Assembly (NCBI GenBank): GCA_001724265.1
Contig: MEDY01000186.1
Span: 1-55,309 of the forward strand
Reading direction: 5' to 3'
Length of the DNA stretch: 55,309 bases
Origin: Rhizaria sp. SCN 62-66
Lineage: Eukaryota
Below the pieces are notes generated by a model, which did no database searches, was not told the origin of the DNA, and was given only the letters and a program-made list of their open reading frames with translations. Below, one piece after another: positions 45,138 through 55,309 of this stretch (the stretch's first letter is position 1; each line of letters starts with the position of its first letter). The position numbers and the translations under genes were made by a program.

Positions 45138-48100
45138 TCAGAGCCTGTCAACTGCGGCAACAACGATACCGTGCAGCAGCGCACCGACGCCGAGCGACGC
45201 CGCGCCCAGCGGGCCGCCCGCGCCCGCCGCACTCTGCCGCTGCTCCTCAGCCGCCACAGCCGCAGCAGCGCCCAGCAGCGCGGCGCGCGCCTCCGCGGCC
45301 CGGTGTCCGCTGCCCTTGTTCGCGGGCGCATACTCTTCCCAGTGCAGCACGAGTCCTGCCAGCGTGAACGCCGCCAGCGCGTAGCCGCCTTCCTCACGCA
45401 CCGCAGACTCGCCCGCGTCCGCCAGCCAGCGCACCAGCACGTCCACCAGCACGCCCGCGTCGCTCGCGTACAGCAGCCCCAGCGCGGCGCCGCCGGTGAT
45501 CCCCGCGGCGCCGGCGTCAAGCGCTGCGGCGGCCGCGGCGATGCGTGCGGAATCAACGCGCGCCGCGCGCAACAGCGCTCCTTTCTCGGCCACAGCGCCC
45601 GCGAGCGTCACCTGTCCTGGGGCCTCGCCAGCGGCCGGCGCGGCGCTCGCGGCGGCCCGCAGCGCCGCGGCCGAGCCCAGACCGGCGGCCGCAGCGGCAG
45701 CGTCGGCGGCGAGTGCGCCCGCGGCGAGCGCGGCGACCTCGACTGTCGCGCGCGCGGGCGAGCCGGCGGGCACGACGCTCTGCAGCAACAGCGCGAACGT
45801 GCGCACAAGCGCGGCGGCAGCGGCGGGCGCGGCGGCAAACGTGGGCGGCGCAGACGCGGCGTGGTTGAGCTGGCTGATAAGCGCCTGCGACAGCGACGAG
45901 GTGGTCAGCGGAGGCAGGTAAAGCTGCGTCAGCGTCGTCGCGCGCAGCAGCGGCGCGGGCGCGGAGGCAACGTAGCAGCGGTGCGGCGCGAGAGGAAGCC
46001 CGACGCCGCCGGCCAGCGCCAAATCGGTGCTGTCAACCATGGTAGCGAGCGAGTAGAGCTTCGTGGCCACAGTCTCGCCCGCGTTCGCAGCGGTGAGCGC
46101 GCTGGTGACCGTGGCGGCCTCGCTGATGAGGCCTGTAACGACGCCCTGCAGCAGCCCCAGTGCGGGGCCCGCGCCCGCAGTCGTGTCAGCCGCGGCGCCT
46201 AGCGCCACGAGCGCGGCAACGGCCCCGTCGAAGACAATGCGAGTGCCATGGGTCAGCAGTGGCGCCAGAGTGACGCGCGCGACGGCCGCCAGAGTGGCCG
46301 CGGGCCAGCCGAACAACGAGCCCGGGACGCGGGGCAGCGCGCCCGACGCGACGCCCGCGCGTTCGGCCGACGCTGCGGCGGAGAGCAGCGCCAAAAGCGA
46401 CGCAGCGACACGGGCGACGGAGTGATCGAACATCTCACGGCGCTCCGCAGCGGGGCGACGCGCGAGCGCGCGCGCGCCGGGCACAAGCAGCTGCGAGCAC
46501 GCCGCGGCGGTGCGCGCACCCGCGGCGCGGTTGGCGGCCTTGGCGCGGTCGCGGGTGAGCGTGGCGACGTGTTTGGCGGAGGAGTCATCCTCTTCGTCGG
46601 CGTAGAACGCGATGGCCGCCGGCAGCAGCGAGCCCACCAGCGGCGGGAACGGCATGTCCTCGCCCATCCCGTCCACCGAGTACGGCGCCGCACCGCTGGC
46701 AAGCGCAACGCGCGCCGCAGCGGCAGCGGGACTGTCGTCGCCGTCCTCGTGCGCGTCGTCGCCGCCATCGTCGTCGTCGCCGGAGAAGTTGTAGGGGCTA
46801 TAATCCGCGCCCGTCGCCGCATGTACGGCCATGGCCTCGGCCAGCAGCGTCGCCTCGGGCAGCACCGACACGGCGTGCGCCAGCGCCCCGCCGCGCGCGC
46901 CCGCGACAGCGCCAGTGGCGGCAGCGACGGCGCCGGCGGCGGCAGCGGGCGTGGCCTTGGCAAGCGCGAGCAGTGCGCGGTGGGAAGCGATGTTGGCGCC
47001 CGCACTGGCACCGCCAGCCGCCGCGTCCGCCCCGCTGCCGCCACCGGTGGAAAGCGCGGCCGTGGCGTACGCGGGCAGCCAGCGCACGAGCACGGCCGCA
47101 AGCGGGGCCTCGATCGCAGCAGCGCCGGCCGCGGGCGCGATCGAGAGAGTCGCGGCGGACAGGAGACGCGCGGTGGCCGCGGGGGCCGCTCTCAGTACAG
47201 CGTCGAGCAGCTCAGCCGCGGCCGCAAAGACGTCGTGGTCGCACCACGCGGACAGCGCGGCACCGCAGTCGGCCGCGGTGGACGCAGTGGCGGGCAGCAG
47301 CGCGGTCGAGGGCACCCACTGGCCTGCGAGCGCGTCGTTGTCACCGCTCGAACACAGTGTATACGCGCCCATGGCGTGGCCAACAGCAAAGAGGCGCGCG
47401 CGCTCGCTCAGCAGCGCGTCCTCCGCCGTGCCCTCGACGAGCGCAGCGGCGTCCACGGACACGGATGAAGCGGCGCCAGCGTTGGCAGCGGCGGCAACGG
47501 CGGCGGCGGCAGCGACAGCGGCGCGCGCGCCCGTGGGCTGGGAGTGCAACGCGTTAAAAGCGGGTGCGGGCGCGGCGGGGAAGGGCGCGGCCTTGGCAAG
47601 CGTGAGCGCGGCAAGGCGGAAGAGCAGCGCGTTGTCCGCGAGCGCGAGCGCGGCCGCGACTGGCACCGGCAGTGAGCGCAGGGGGAATGAGAGCAGCGAG
47701 ATAAACGAGGGAAGAGGGATCTTCAGTGCAGCGGAGAGCTGCGCAAGCTCGGACTGTGCCGACGTCGCGGTGGTGGGCAGGGAAACGTTGGGGATAGAGC
47801 ACAGGTTCACACGGTTTGCAGTCGCAGCGGCGGCCGAGGCGGCAGCGGAGGGCGAAGCGGGGGGAGTTGCGCTGCTGATAGAGATTGACGCGAGCAGGCA
47901 CGCAAGCTCATCGGCAGACGCGGCGGACTTGGCTGCAAAAGCGGGCGTCAGTGAAGAGCGCCACGCAAAGACGCTAAAGAAATCGGCGAAATAAAAGAGT
48001 CACAGAAGTGGATACACGGCAGGCGGTGATGAGTCTGATGCGATCTGGCGCCGAGAGAAGCAAATCGGAAAATGGGGATTATGCACGTACGCAGCAACCT

Positions 48101-48173
48101 CAGCGGGCGTAAACGGAAGGTCAAAGTCATGTTGTGTGGCAATATCCCACATAGAAGCGGTGGAACCCGACAT
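45138..48173 (-). CDS. Ala-rich protein with C-terminal SPIN90/Ldb17 (WISH/DIP/SPIN90) leucine-rich-like domain; intron 47974-48090
   Basis: Exon 1 (MSGSTASMWDIATQHDFDLPFTPAEVA) joins the long ORF through a phase-2 intron GC|GTACGT...CTTTAG|C. C-terminal LSQALISQLN...LLYASDAGVLVDVLVRWLAD...EEY...HRAAEARAAL resembles FYxxDxxVLxDIxxRxxxD of SPIN90/Ldb17. Ends TGA. Confidence 0.65.
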
Positions 48174-49274
48174 TATGTGGATACAGGGAGTCTGTCACGA
48201 AGCGAAACGAAAAAGAGCAGAGGGTGAGAAACTGGGCATTTTATCAGGGCGATTTGAGAGCATAAAACAACATTTATGACGGCTGTGATATTTAAAATAG
48301 ATAAGCCATCAGTATTATATGTCGGAACAAGCAAAAACAGGCGCATCTACGATGCATCCAGCGTAGTAAACTAACTTATGCAGAAAGATACCAACCTCCT
48401 TGCCCGACGCGCCATGTCGCAGTGCGAGTTTGTGGTCAAAAACGATAGTTCAACTTATACGCAATCGGGTAGTGGTAAAGTGGCAATGATAGCATGCATC
48501 TTGTCGTATTTAAGAAACAAATTTAAGAAACAAAAATTGTCGTAATTTATTCAAATCACACTCAGACTCGGGGGCGTAACGGGAAGAAAATGCGGAATCG
48601 AACTGAAAAATATTAAGTACGCATGTGTGTCATGAGAAGTCGATGCAATCACTCAGTGCAAAATGAGAAGGTGAGACTTTTAAAAAGACAGATGTCACAC
48701 AGAAAAGTAATCAGGAATGAAAATTAGAGAAAAGAAAACACAGGTTGTTATGTCACATCACATCAACAAAAAGAGCCATTACGCCGAGTGACAGCAACTG
48801 TCGTCACCTCTGATGCATCGTGAGAATTGGTGACGAGAGCGCATTCAGAGTCAGGTCAAACCTCCCGCGCAGGCGTGTAAGGTTCAATGCTAGCAGCAAC
48901 ATAACGCCAATTGAGGTATAACATAAAAAGAAAAAATGCCATGGTGCCAGTGGCCACGAGCACAGGCGTCGTAAAAAGTCACTGGAAGAAACAATCACAG
49001 ATAACAGGCACAGAATGAATAGAAGAGGGAAACGAGAAGATACAAAATCAGTCACAAATAAGCCGATGTAGATAATGATGCACATTAAGGCAACGGAGAA
49101 CGTGTTTTCAGTGTCTTTCCGTGCTCGCGCACAAGTCGACTCACTCGCTCACAGAGTAACGCTGCCAACAATCAGTCCAAGGTGACGACGTTGTCAGAAA
49201 GAAAATAGACGTATCACGTCATCGTGTTCACGTATGGTATACTTAGAAACTCGAGAAAACGTGTGCGTGTGCTT

Positions 49275-52200
49275 TTACCGCTTGCTGAAGTTGAGAACGG
49301 AGATGGCGATGAGTGCGAGAATCTGCACGACGGCAACAAACAGAACCATCCAGCCAACAGCGTCGCCGAATCCGTGGAATCCGAAGCCAAGGTATTCAGA
49401 GATGAAAAGCGGCAGCGGTACCTGCACGGGCTGTTGGTTCTCAACCATAGTAATGAGCGGACCGCACATGGGAAGCGGCGAACAGTCGCCGACTTGAGGC
49501 ATGATGAGCGCCTCAGTTGCGTGCGACAGCGGGAGGATGCGGAACAGCCAAACCCAACCACGCGGGAGCTTGGGATACGGCAAGATAAGTCCACTGAAAA
49601 CCAGCAGCAAGCCGAACGAGAGCCCCTGATAAATACCAGCAGCGCCCATATTCGGTGTGCCAGCTGCGAGCAGGTTGGCGATCGTGAGATACACAAGGCA
49701 GATTAGGTAGGTGATGAGATAGTACTGCCAGAAGGGCGCACCGGTGCTGAGGTCGACAAGGAAGTACGACGGCACCTGCACCAGGAAAGTGGTGAGAATA
49801 CACCACAACATATCGTTGAGAATCGTCGTGAGCGACCACAGCGCCGGGGCGTACATCTTGCTCGCAGACTCGCGGTACAAAACGGCGCGGTTCTGCATGT
49901 AGTGCGGCAGAGCGGAGGAGCCGTGGACGAGGGCACCGAAGTTACACGATACGAGAATCGCGCCCATGAGCGAGATGGCGTCGGACTGGGTGCTAACACG
50001 CGAGTTGAGATCGAAGTACACGAGACCGAAAAACACGGAAATGAGAGTCACGGTCACGAGACGTGTCAGCATCACAGGCGAGTTGCGCCAGTAGCCGTTG
50101 AACGTGCGTACAAAAACGCGGTACAGCTTGTTGAGCGGTGTACCACGCTCGGAGATTACCAGCGGCTGGCGCTGCGTCGGTAGCGGGAAAAGCGTGCGAG
50201 TCGAGACATGCGACTCGGCGTGGCTGAGGTGGCCGCCGACCGACGGCGCTGGCTCGGTGGTTCTCGCAGTGCCCGCGCTGAGCACAACGACGGTATGCGA
50301 CATCGCGCCACCAGCAGCCGGCGCAGCGCTGCTACTGCCAACGGCAGAGCCAGAGCCGTCCTCCGCCTCCCCGTCCTTGTTATCGTTGGCGCTGGCAAGC
50401 TCGGGATTCTCGGGGATGTCCGGCAGAGGGGAAATGAGTCCGGCGGCGGCATTCGCCTCGGCCTCGCTGCCGATGTCGGACTTGCCCGCAGACGCAACCT
50501 GGGCAGGCGCAGCCAGAGCGGGGGCCTTGGTGGTGTTCTTGTCGGCATCGCCGTCACCAAGGGCCTCGACGTCGCGGACAATAGCGCGGGCAACCGTGAG
50601 CTGCTTCGAGTTAGCCCAGGAGGACTTGAAGCGCTCCAAGATCACAGTCGGGTCGTCGAAGCGGCCGGCCTGCTCGATACCGGCCTTGGCGGCGGCAGCG
50701 GAGGCCTCAGCACCGGACGCCTGTCCAACACCGCCTTCCTCGAGCATCCACGAAGCCGGGTTGCAGCGGGGCGGGCAGGGCGTAACACGCGGGATGGACT
50801 CGATGTACGGGATGAAACGGCGGCAGCGCTTGCCGAGATCGCCGAAGAAGATCTGGTGGCCACCAGGCGCAAGCAGCACGAGACGGTCAAAGAGGTAGAA
50901 AAGCTCAGCCGACGGCTGGTGGATGGTGCAGATGACGGCACGGCCGGAACGCGCGATACGGCGCACGACGCGCATGACGGTCTGCGCGGCGCGGGAGTCA
51001 AGGCCCGTGGTGGGCTCGTCGAGGAAGAGAATGGCGGGGTTGGCGACGAGCTCGCAGCCGATGTTGACACGCTTGAGCTGCGAAGGCGAGAGACCGAGCA
51101 TACCAGCGCAGCCGATAATGTTGTCACGGATGGGAGTCAGCTCGAGAATGTCCATGACTTCGTCAACAATGCGCTCCTTAATCTCGGAGGACACGGAAGC
51201 CGGCAGACGCAGGTGCGCGGCAAAGGCAAGGGTCTCGCGAACAGTGTCATAGGGGAAAAGCGAGTCAAACTGCTCGACGTAGCCAGCATAGGCAGCTATG
51301 GCCTCGGCGGTCGCAGCGTGACCATTGAGCGTAACCTTACCGTCGATGATACCAGTGTTCTTGCGGCCAGCCAGCACGTCGAGCAAAGTGGTCTTGCCGG
51401 CACCGGAGGCACCCATGAGTGCGGTCATGCGTCCAGGCTCAGCATAACCCGTGACACCCTGCAGCAGCGGCTTGTCGACCGTCTGGCCGTGCTCACCGGG
51501 GATCTTAACCGTGTAGTGCAGATCGTTGAACGACATCCACATCGGGGTAAACGGCAGCGCCTCACGCAGTGTCTTCAGCGTGTCCTCGCCAAACGTGGAC
51601 GAAGCAGCGCGGGGGAGCGACGCGGACGACGCGTTGGCAGCGGATGCGGAGGACGGCAGACTGGAGCCGTTGGCAGCGGGCGGAGGCAGTGCATTGACAG
51701 AATCAATGGCAGCAGTGGACGCGGCAGCCACGGAGCTGGGGCTGGCGACCATGCCCTGAGCAGTGACAGCCGAGACAGTGCTTGAGACGTGGCCATCGAC
51801 GTCACCATAGGAGTACGGCATGCCAGAGAGGACAGAGAACTCGCGCTCATCGTTATCAGCCTCAGCACGGGCGTGGAACGCAGCCTCAGCGGCGCGCTCC
51901 TCCTCGCTCTCGAGCTGCTCCTCCTCGTCCTCAACACGGCGCGTACCAATGGACGACGTGTAGTAGGGCTGGCGCATCATCAATGCGTGTGCAACGAGCA
52001 TGATCACGGTGATACCGATGAGGTAAAGCACTGCGAAACCAATCCACTTGTCGCCAACGCGGAAGTCAAGCTCAGCCATGTAGGCCTCACCGACAGTGAT
52101 ACCGGCGTCGGTGATCGCGCTGTAGCGGTCAGACATGAACTCGATGTTGGCCATGGCACGGATAGTCCACGCGAACGGGCAGAGCCACATGATCCAGCTC

Positions 52201-54536
52201 ATCCAGATCGGCATCGCAGACATGGAAACAAAGAAACCAGCGAGAATCATAAAGATACCGACACTAGGCCCGCCCAGCGCAGACGCGGTGGCCTCGGCGG
52301 GGAAAAGCACAGTGATGAAACGGAACCACACGGACATATTAAGCGCCTGCGTGATGAGGATACCGAGGTAAGCAAAGAAGCACTCCGCGGTGGGATTGCA
52401 GTCGGACATAAAGTACGCGGAGACGGAGATGAGCACGCATTCCGTAACGAAGACGGGGATTGCGACAATCGCTGTCGAGCCCACGTAGGACCAGGTAGAG
52501 TAAAAACCAGCCGCTGTTTGGCGGTAGACGATGCGAGAGTTCTGGCAGGAGATAGGCAGCTCGACAGCGTTGAAGTAGGCGACCTGTGCGACAATGACGA
52601 CAAGCATCGCCGTACGCAGCAGGAAATCGGCCTCGGTCAACTGCCAGAACATCGAGCCGAAGATGACACCGATAATCGCGGCCTGAATCAGACGCGGCAG
52701 CAGCACGTCGGTGTTGCGCACCACAGACACGGCCTCGCGCCACAGCACGAGACGCAGCAGCGCGCTCTCGCTGTGGATGCCACCGGCCTTAAACGCAGCG
52801 CGCGCGGCCTCGGACGGCATCAACGACGCATGCTCAACCGCAGTATCAACAGCGGGCATGGCAACAACAGCAGCAGAGTCGCTGTCAGCAATAGCCGCGG
52901 CCTTCTTGGCGCTCGCGACGGCAGAGTCAATCTGCAGCGCGGCCTGGGGGAACGCGGCCTTGACCGATGGCAGCATCACAGCGTACGTCGGGGACGCGGT
53001 GAAGTGCGCGATCATGGCGGACGTCGTGGTGCAGGGCGCGGCCGCGGGGGCGAGCGCGCCGCTGGCGACCTGGCCGGCCGCGGGGGGCGCGCGCTCGAGG
53101 CGCTGGAGAGCGGCCTTAGGCTGGGACACGCAGTCCATGAGGAAATCGCAGATGTCGACGTCGGCGGGGCAGTGGAAGCCCATAGCCGCAAGATGCGCCT
53201 GCGCGTCCTCGCGGGGACCGTGGTAAACAATCTGCGCGTTGGACATGATGATGACATCATCGTAGCACGCGAAAAGCCCCGGTGTGGGCTGCTGCGCCGT
53301 GGTGACGACAGTACCGCGGGTACGCAAGGCCCACTGGCGCAGGGAACGTGTGATGTCCTCCGCGGTCGCAGAGTCAAGACCGTTGGTGTACTCATCGAGG
53401 AACAGCGCGCGCGCGTCGCCGACCATCATCTCGCCCACAGTCACGCGGCGCTTCTGACCGCCGGACACACCGCGGATGAGGGCGTTGCCGAGGATCGTGT
53501 CCTGGCAGCCCTCGAGACCGAGCATCGCGAGCGCGGCGTCCACGCGGGCAGGGTCGTAGACAGAAGAGGTACAGCGGTGCGCAAAATCGAGGGTTTCGCG
53601 CACTGTCAGCAGAGGCATGTGCTCATCGACCTTTGGCGAAGAAAAAAAAAGAAACATTATGAAAAAGCACAGAAAGACGAATGAGATTGTGTTGCTTGAA
53701 GTTATCGTCGTATTGATAGATGATGCGCGTGCGATAAATGAGTAAAAATAGTTGGAATATCCTGTAAAGACACACGAACTGTAACAACTATGATATGAAA
53801 ATTGCGTTCCACATACCTGGTCGACGTATTGGCATAGGCGGCGGATGTCGCAGCCCTCGGCAGTGGCTTGCGCCATAGAACGGCCGTTGTAGCGCACGCC
53901 AACTGCGTCGTCATCGGCGTCCAGCGGCAGCTTCTGCGCCAGCGCCTTAAGGAACGTCGACTTGCCGTGGCCGGGCGGGGCGAGCACGAGGGTCATGGTG
54001 CCGGGACGGATGCAGCCCGTGGCACCAGTAAGGCGCGCGAAGCTGTGGTGGCCAATGCCGCTCGCGCAACCGTTGGTCATCTGCGTGGCGAGACGCTGAA
54101 TGGGAGCGATGAGCGTCTCGACCTGGCCCGCAGTGTCGGAAATCTCGACAGAGACAGCGAGGTTGTGGTACGTGATCGTCAGGTCAGGCATGCCCGCACT
54201 CGCGTCGGCAACAGTGTGCGCCGCGGCGTTGGCGCTTGGGGCAGCGGTAGTGGACGCGGAAGCCGTAGAGAGCGAAGAAGTGGCGGGGATAACGGCCACG
54301 GTGGCAGACTTGAGATCAGTCATCTCGATCTCAGTCGTCTCGCCCTTCTTGATATCGGTCTCCTTATCAGCCGCGACGACAGTGGTAGCCGCAGTCTTCG
54401 CCTCCTGGGGGTCAGTAGCAGCAGGCTCATTCGCCTGCTCCTGAGGCGCGGGCACGCTGGTCTCAGCAACGGCAGAGTCGGTTTCGGGGCCCGGACTCGC
54501 GGATGGGGCAGGACGCTCCTCGGGAATCGACGACAT
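49275..54536 (-). CDS. Full-size PDR-type ABCG transporter (NBD-TMD-NBD-TMD); intron 53631-53816
   Basis: NBD1: APPGHGKS, VSGGQKRRVT, FLDEYTNGLDS. NBD2: GASGAGKTTLLDVLAGRK, LSPSQLKRVNIGCELVANP, FLDEPTTGLDS, CTIHQPS. Two TM bundles. AT-rich intron CAG|GTATGT...CCAAAG|GTC restores YVDQVDEHMPLLTVRETLDFA. Ends TAA. Confidence 0.96.
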   Translation of the reverse strand: MSSIPEERPAPSASPGPETDSAVAETSVPAPQEQANEPAATDPQEAKTAATTVVAADKETDIKKGETTEIEMTDLKSATVAVIPATSSLSTASASTTAAPSANAAAHTVADASAGMPDLTITYHNLAVSVEISDTAGQVETLIAPIQRLATQMTNGCASGIGHHSFARLTGATGCIRPGTMTLVLAPPGHGKSTFLKALAQKLPLDADDDAVGVRYNGRSMAQATAEGCDIRRLCQYVDQVCGTQFSYHSCYSSCVFTGYSNYFYSFIARASSINTTITSSNTISFVFLCFFIMFLFFSSPKVDEHMPLLTVRETLDFAHRCTSSVYDPARVDAALAMLGLEGCQDTILGNALIRGVSGGQKRRVTVGEMMVGDARALFLDEYTNGLDSATAEDITRSLRQWALRTRGTVVTTAQQPTPGLFACYDDVIIMSNAQIVYHGPREDAQAHLAAMGFHCPADVDICDFLMDCVSQPKAALQRLERAPPAAGQVASGALAPAAAPCTTTSAMIAHFTASPTYAVMLPSVKAAFPQAALQIDSAVASAKKAAAIADSDSAAVVAMPAVDTAVEHASLMPSEAARAAFKAGGIHSESALLRLVLWREAVSVVRNTDVLLPRLIQAAIIGVIFGSMFWQLTEADFLLRTAMLVVIVAQVAYFNAVELPISCQNSRIVYRQTAAGFYSTWSYVGSTAIVAIPVFVTECVLISVSAYFMSDCNPTAECFFAYLGILITQALNMSVWFRFITVLFPAEATASALGGPSVGIFMILAGFFVSMSAMPIWMSWIMWLCPFAWTIRAMANIEFMSDRYSAITDAGITVGEAYMAELDFRVGDKWIGFAVLYLIGITVIMLVAHALMMRQPYYTSSIGTRRVEDEEEQLESEEERAAEAAFHARAEADNDEREFSVLSGMPYSYGDVDGHVSSTVSAVTAQGMVASPSSVAAASTAAIDSVNALPPPAANGSSLPSSASAANASSASLPRAASSTFGEDTLKTLREALPFTPMWMSFNDLHYTVKIPGEHGQTVDKPLLQGVTGYAEPGRMTALMGASGAGKTTLLDVLAGRKNTGIIDGKVTLNGHAATAEAIAAYAGYVEQFDSLFPYDTVRETLAFAAHLRLPASVSSEIKERIVDEVMDILELTPIRDNIIGCAGMLGLSPSQLKRVNIGCELVANPAILFLDEPTTGLDSRAAQTVMRVVRRIARSGRAVICTIHQPSAELFYLFDRLVLLAPGGHQIFFGDLGKRCRRFIPYIESIPRVTPCPPRCNPASWMLEEGGVGQASGAEASAAAAKAGIEQAGRFDDPTVILERFKSSWANSKQLTVARAIVRDVEALGDGDADKNTTKAPALAAPAQVASAGKSDIGSEAEANAAAGLISPLPDIPENPELASANDNKDGEAEDGSGSAVGSSSAAPAAGGAMSHTVVVLSAGTARTTEPAPSVGGHLSHAESHVSTRTLFPLPTQRQPLVISERGTPLNKLYRVFVRTFNGYWRNSPVMLTRLVTVTLISVFFGLVYFDLNSRVSTQSDAISLMGAILVSCNFGALVHGSSALPHYMQNRAVLYRESASKMYAPALWSLTTILNDMLWCILTTFLVQVPSYFLVDLSTGAPFWQYYLITYLICLVYLTIANLLAAGTPNMGAAGIYQGLSFGLLLVFSGLILPYPKLPRGWVWLFRILPLSHATEALIMPQVGDCSPLPMCGPLITMVENQQPVQVPLPLFISEYLGFGFHGFGDAVGWMVLFVAVVQILALIAISVLNFSKR

Positions 54537-55214
54537 CAAAGCGCGATACGGGCGAACCTACATGAATAACAAACAGAATTGTGAAATAGAGTGAGTTGGG
54601 TGCCTTAAATGGCATTTCAGTGAATGGCAAAGCGTGGTATCTAGATTTTCCGCGATTGTGCCAGGGTAGGCGAAGGTAACGCTGCCTGCGCAGCTGCGCG
54701 GTGGTTTTCAAGAGCCATACAAACGCAACGAGAACAATGACACTAAAGAAATAATTATAGTCACTTCGTATCCAAGAGGCACGCATCTGCGCTTCGATAC
54801 AGTGCATGGTGCAAGCACAGCAGAAGAATGCACTCCACAACGAACTTGTGACGTGGTTTTCAAGCGGGTGAATCCAACTCAAAATACTCGTCCACAGATG
54901 TCGGCCTAACTGTAACCAAAAAGAAATTCAGATGTAAGCGTACTTAACATTGCGCATTTCAAAACTGGAATCAAGCAAGACGATGTGCGCAAAGCAGGGT
55001 GACGAAGGAGGAGCATCTTGTCCGTGGCGAAAGTGGCACCACACTCCACACACTGACCAACCAACCGACGGACCACCGCCTCCACAGCATTTTCACGAAC
55101 CGAGAGAAGATGACATTCCGCGAATAAGCAGTCGATTGAGGTGGAGAACGGGGATGAAAGAGATGATTTGCAAGCTGGAATGTATGTATTGTGAAGAAAA
55201 ACAGGGTAAGCACT

Positions 55215-55309
55215 TTACTCCTTGGTCTTCTTGTCACCTCCACCGCGGAGGAGACCGGTGCGGCGGGCGGCGATGAGACCGACCTTCTTACCGGCGGAGG
55301 AGTTGCGGG
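55215..55309 (-). CDS. RPL8: 60S ribosomal protein L8 (uL2), 3' end only
   Basis: Not in the ORF track. The minus strand reads RNSSAGKKVGLIAARRTGLLRGGGDKKTKE*, with the uL2 C-terminal KVGLIAARRTG motif. Stop TAA at 55215-55217. Confidence 0.93.
   Translation of the reverse strand, partial: RNSSAGKKVGLIAARRTGLLRGGGDKKTKE

Noticed and set aside
54537-54563. ATG TAG in frame just upstream of the ABCG start
   Set aside because: It follows a pyrimidine-rich tract and looks like a 3' splice site, with a candidate GTACGC donor at 54943 (5' UTR intron). Ambiguous, so not counted.
1-55309. Prokaryotic systems (CRISPR arrays, operons, defence islands) or a suppressor tRNA gene
   Set aside because: The sequence is eukaryotic. 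No repeat-spacer array, rRNA or tRNA was recognised by eye.

Overview
Compact, GC-rich eukaryotic (protist-like) nuclear DNA with few GT-AG introns, AT-rich spacers and Ala/Gly/Ser/Gln-inflated proteins. Genes in order: partial RPS11 (uS17); an RCC1-repeat/coiled-coil protein; a putative mitochondrial protein; DPY30; RBMX2; a ~3,500-aa RecQ helicase; a low-complexity coiled-coil protein; a Tse2-like ADP-ribosyltransferase beside a decayed Ty1/copia fragment; a CPBP/Abi-like membrane protease; a WD40 protein; NAA30; a SPIN90/Ldb17-like protein; a PDR-type ABCG transporter; partial RPL8 (uL2). Main finding: a probable non-standard nuclear genetic code with UAG as a sense codon. Four genes each carry one in-frame TAG with coding sequence continuing in frame, one of them inside a poly-CAG (Gln) tract. 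All 13 visible gene ends use TAA or TGA, never TAG. Gln is favoured and Leu is not excluded. Family calls rest on motif recognition by eye; no searches were run.
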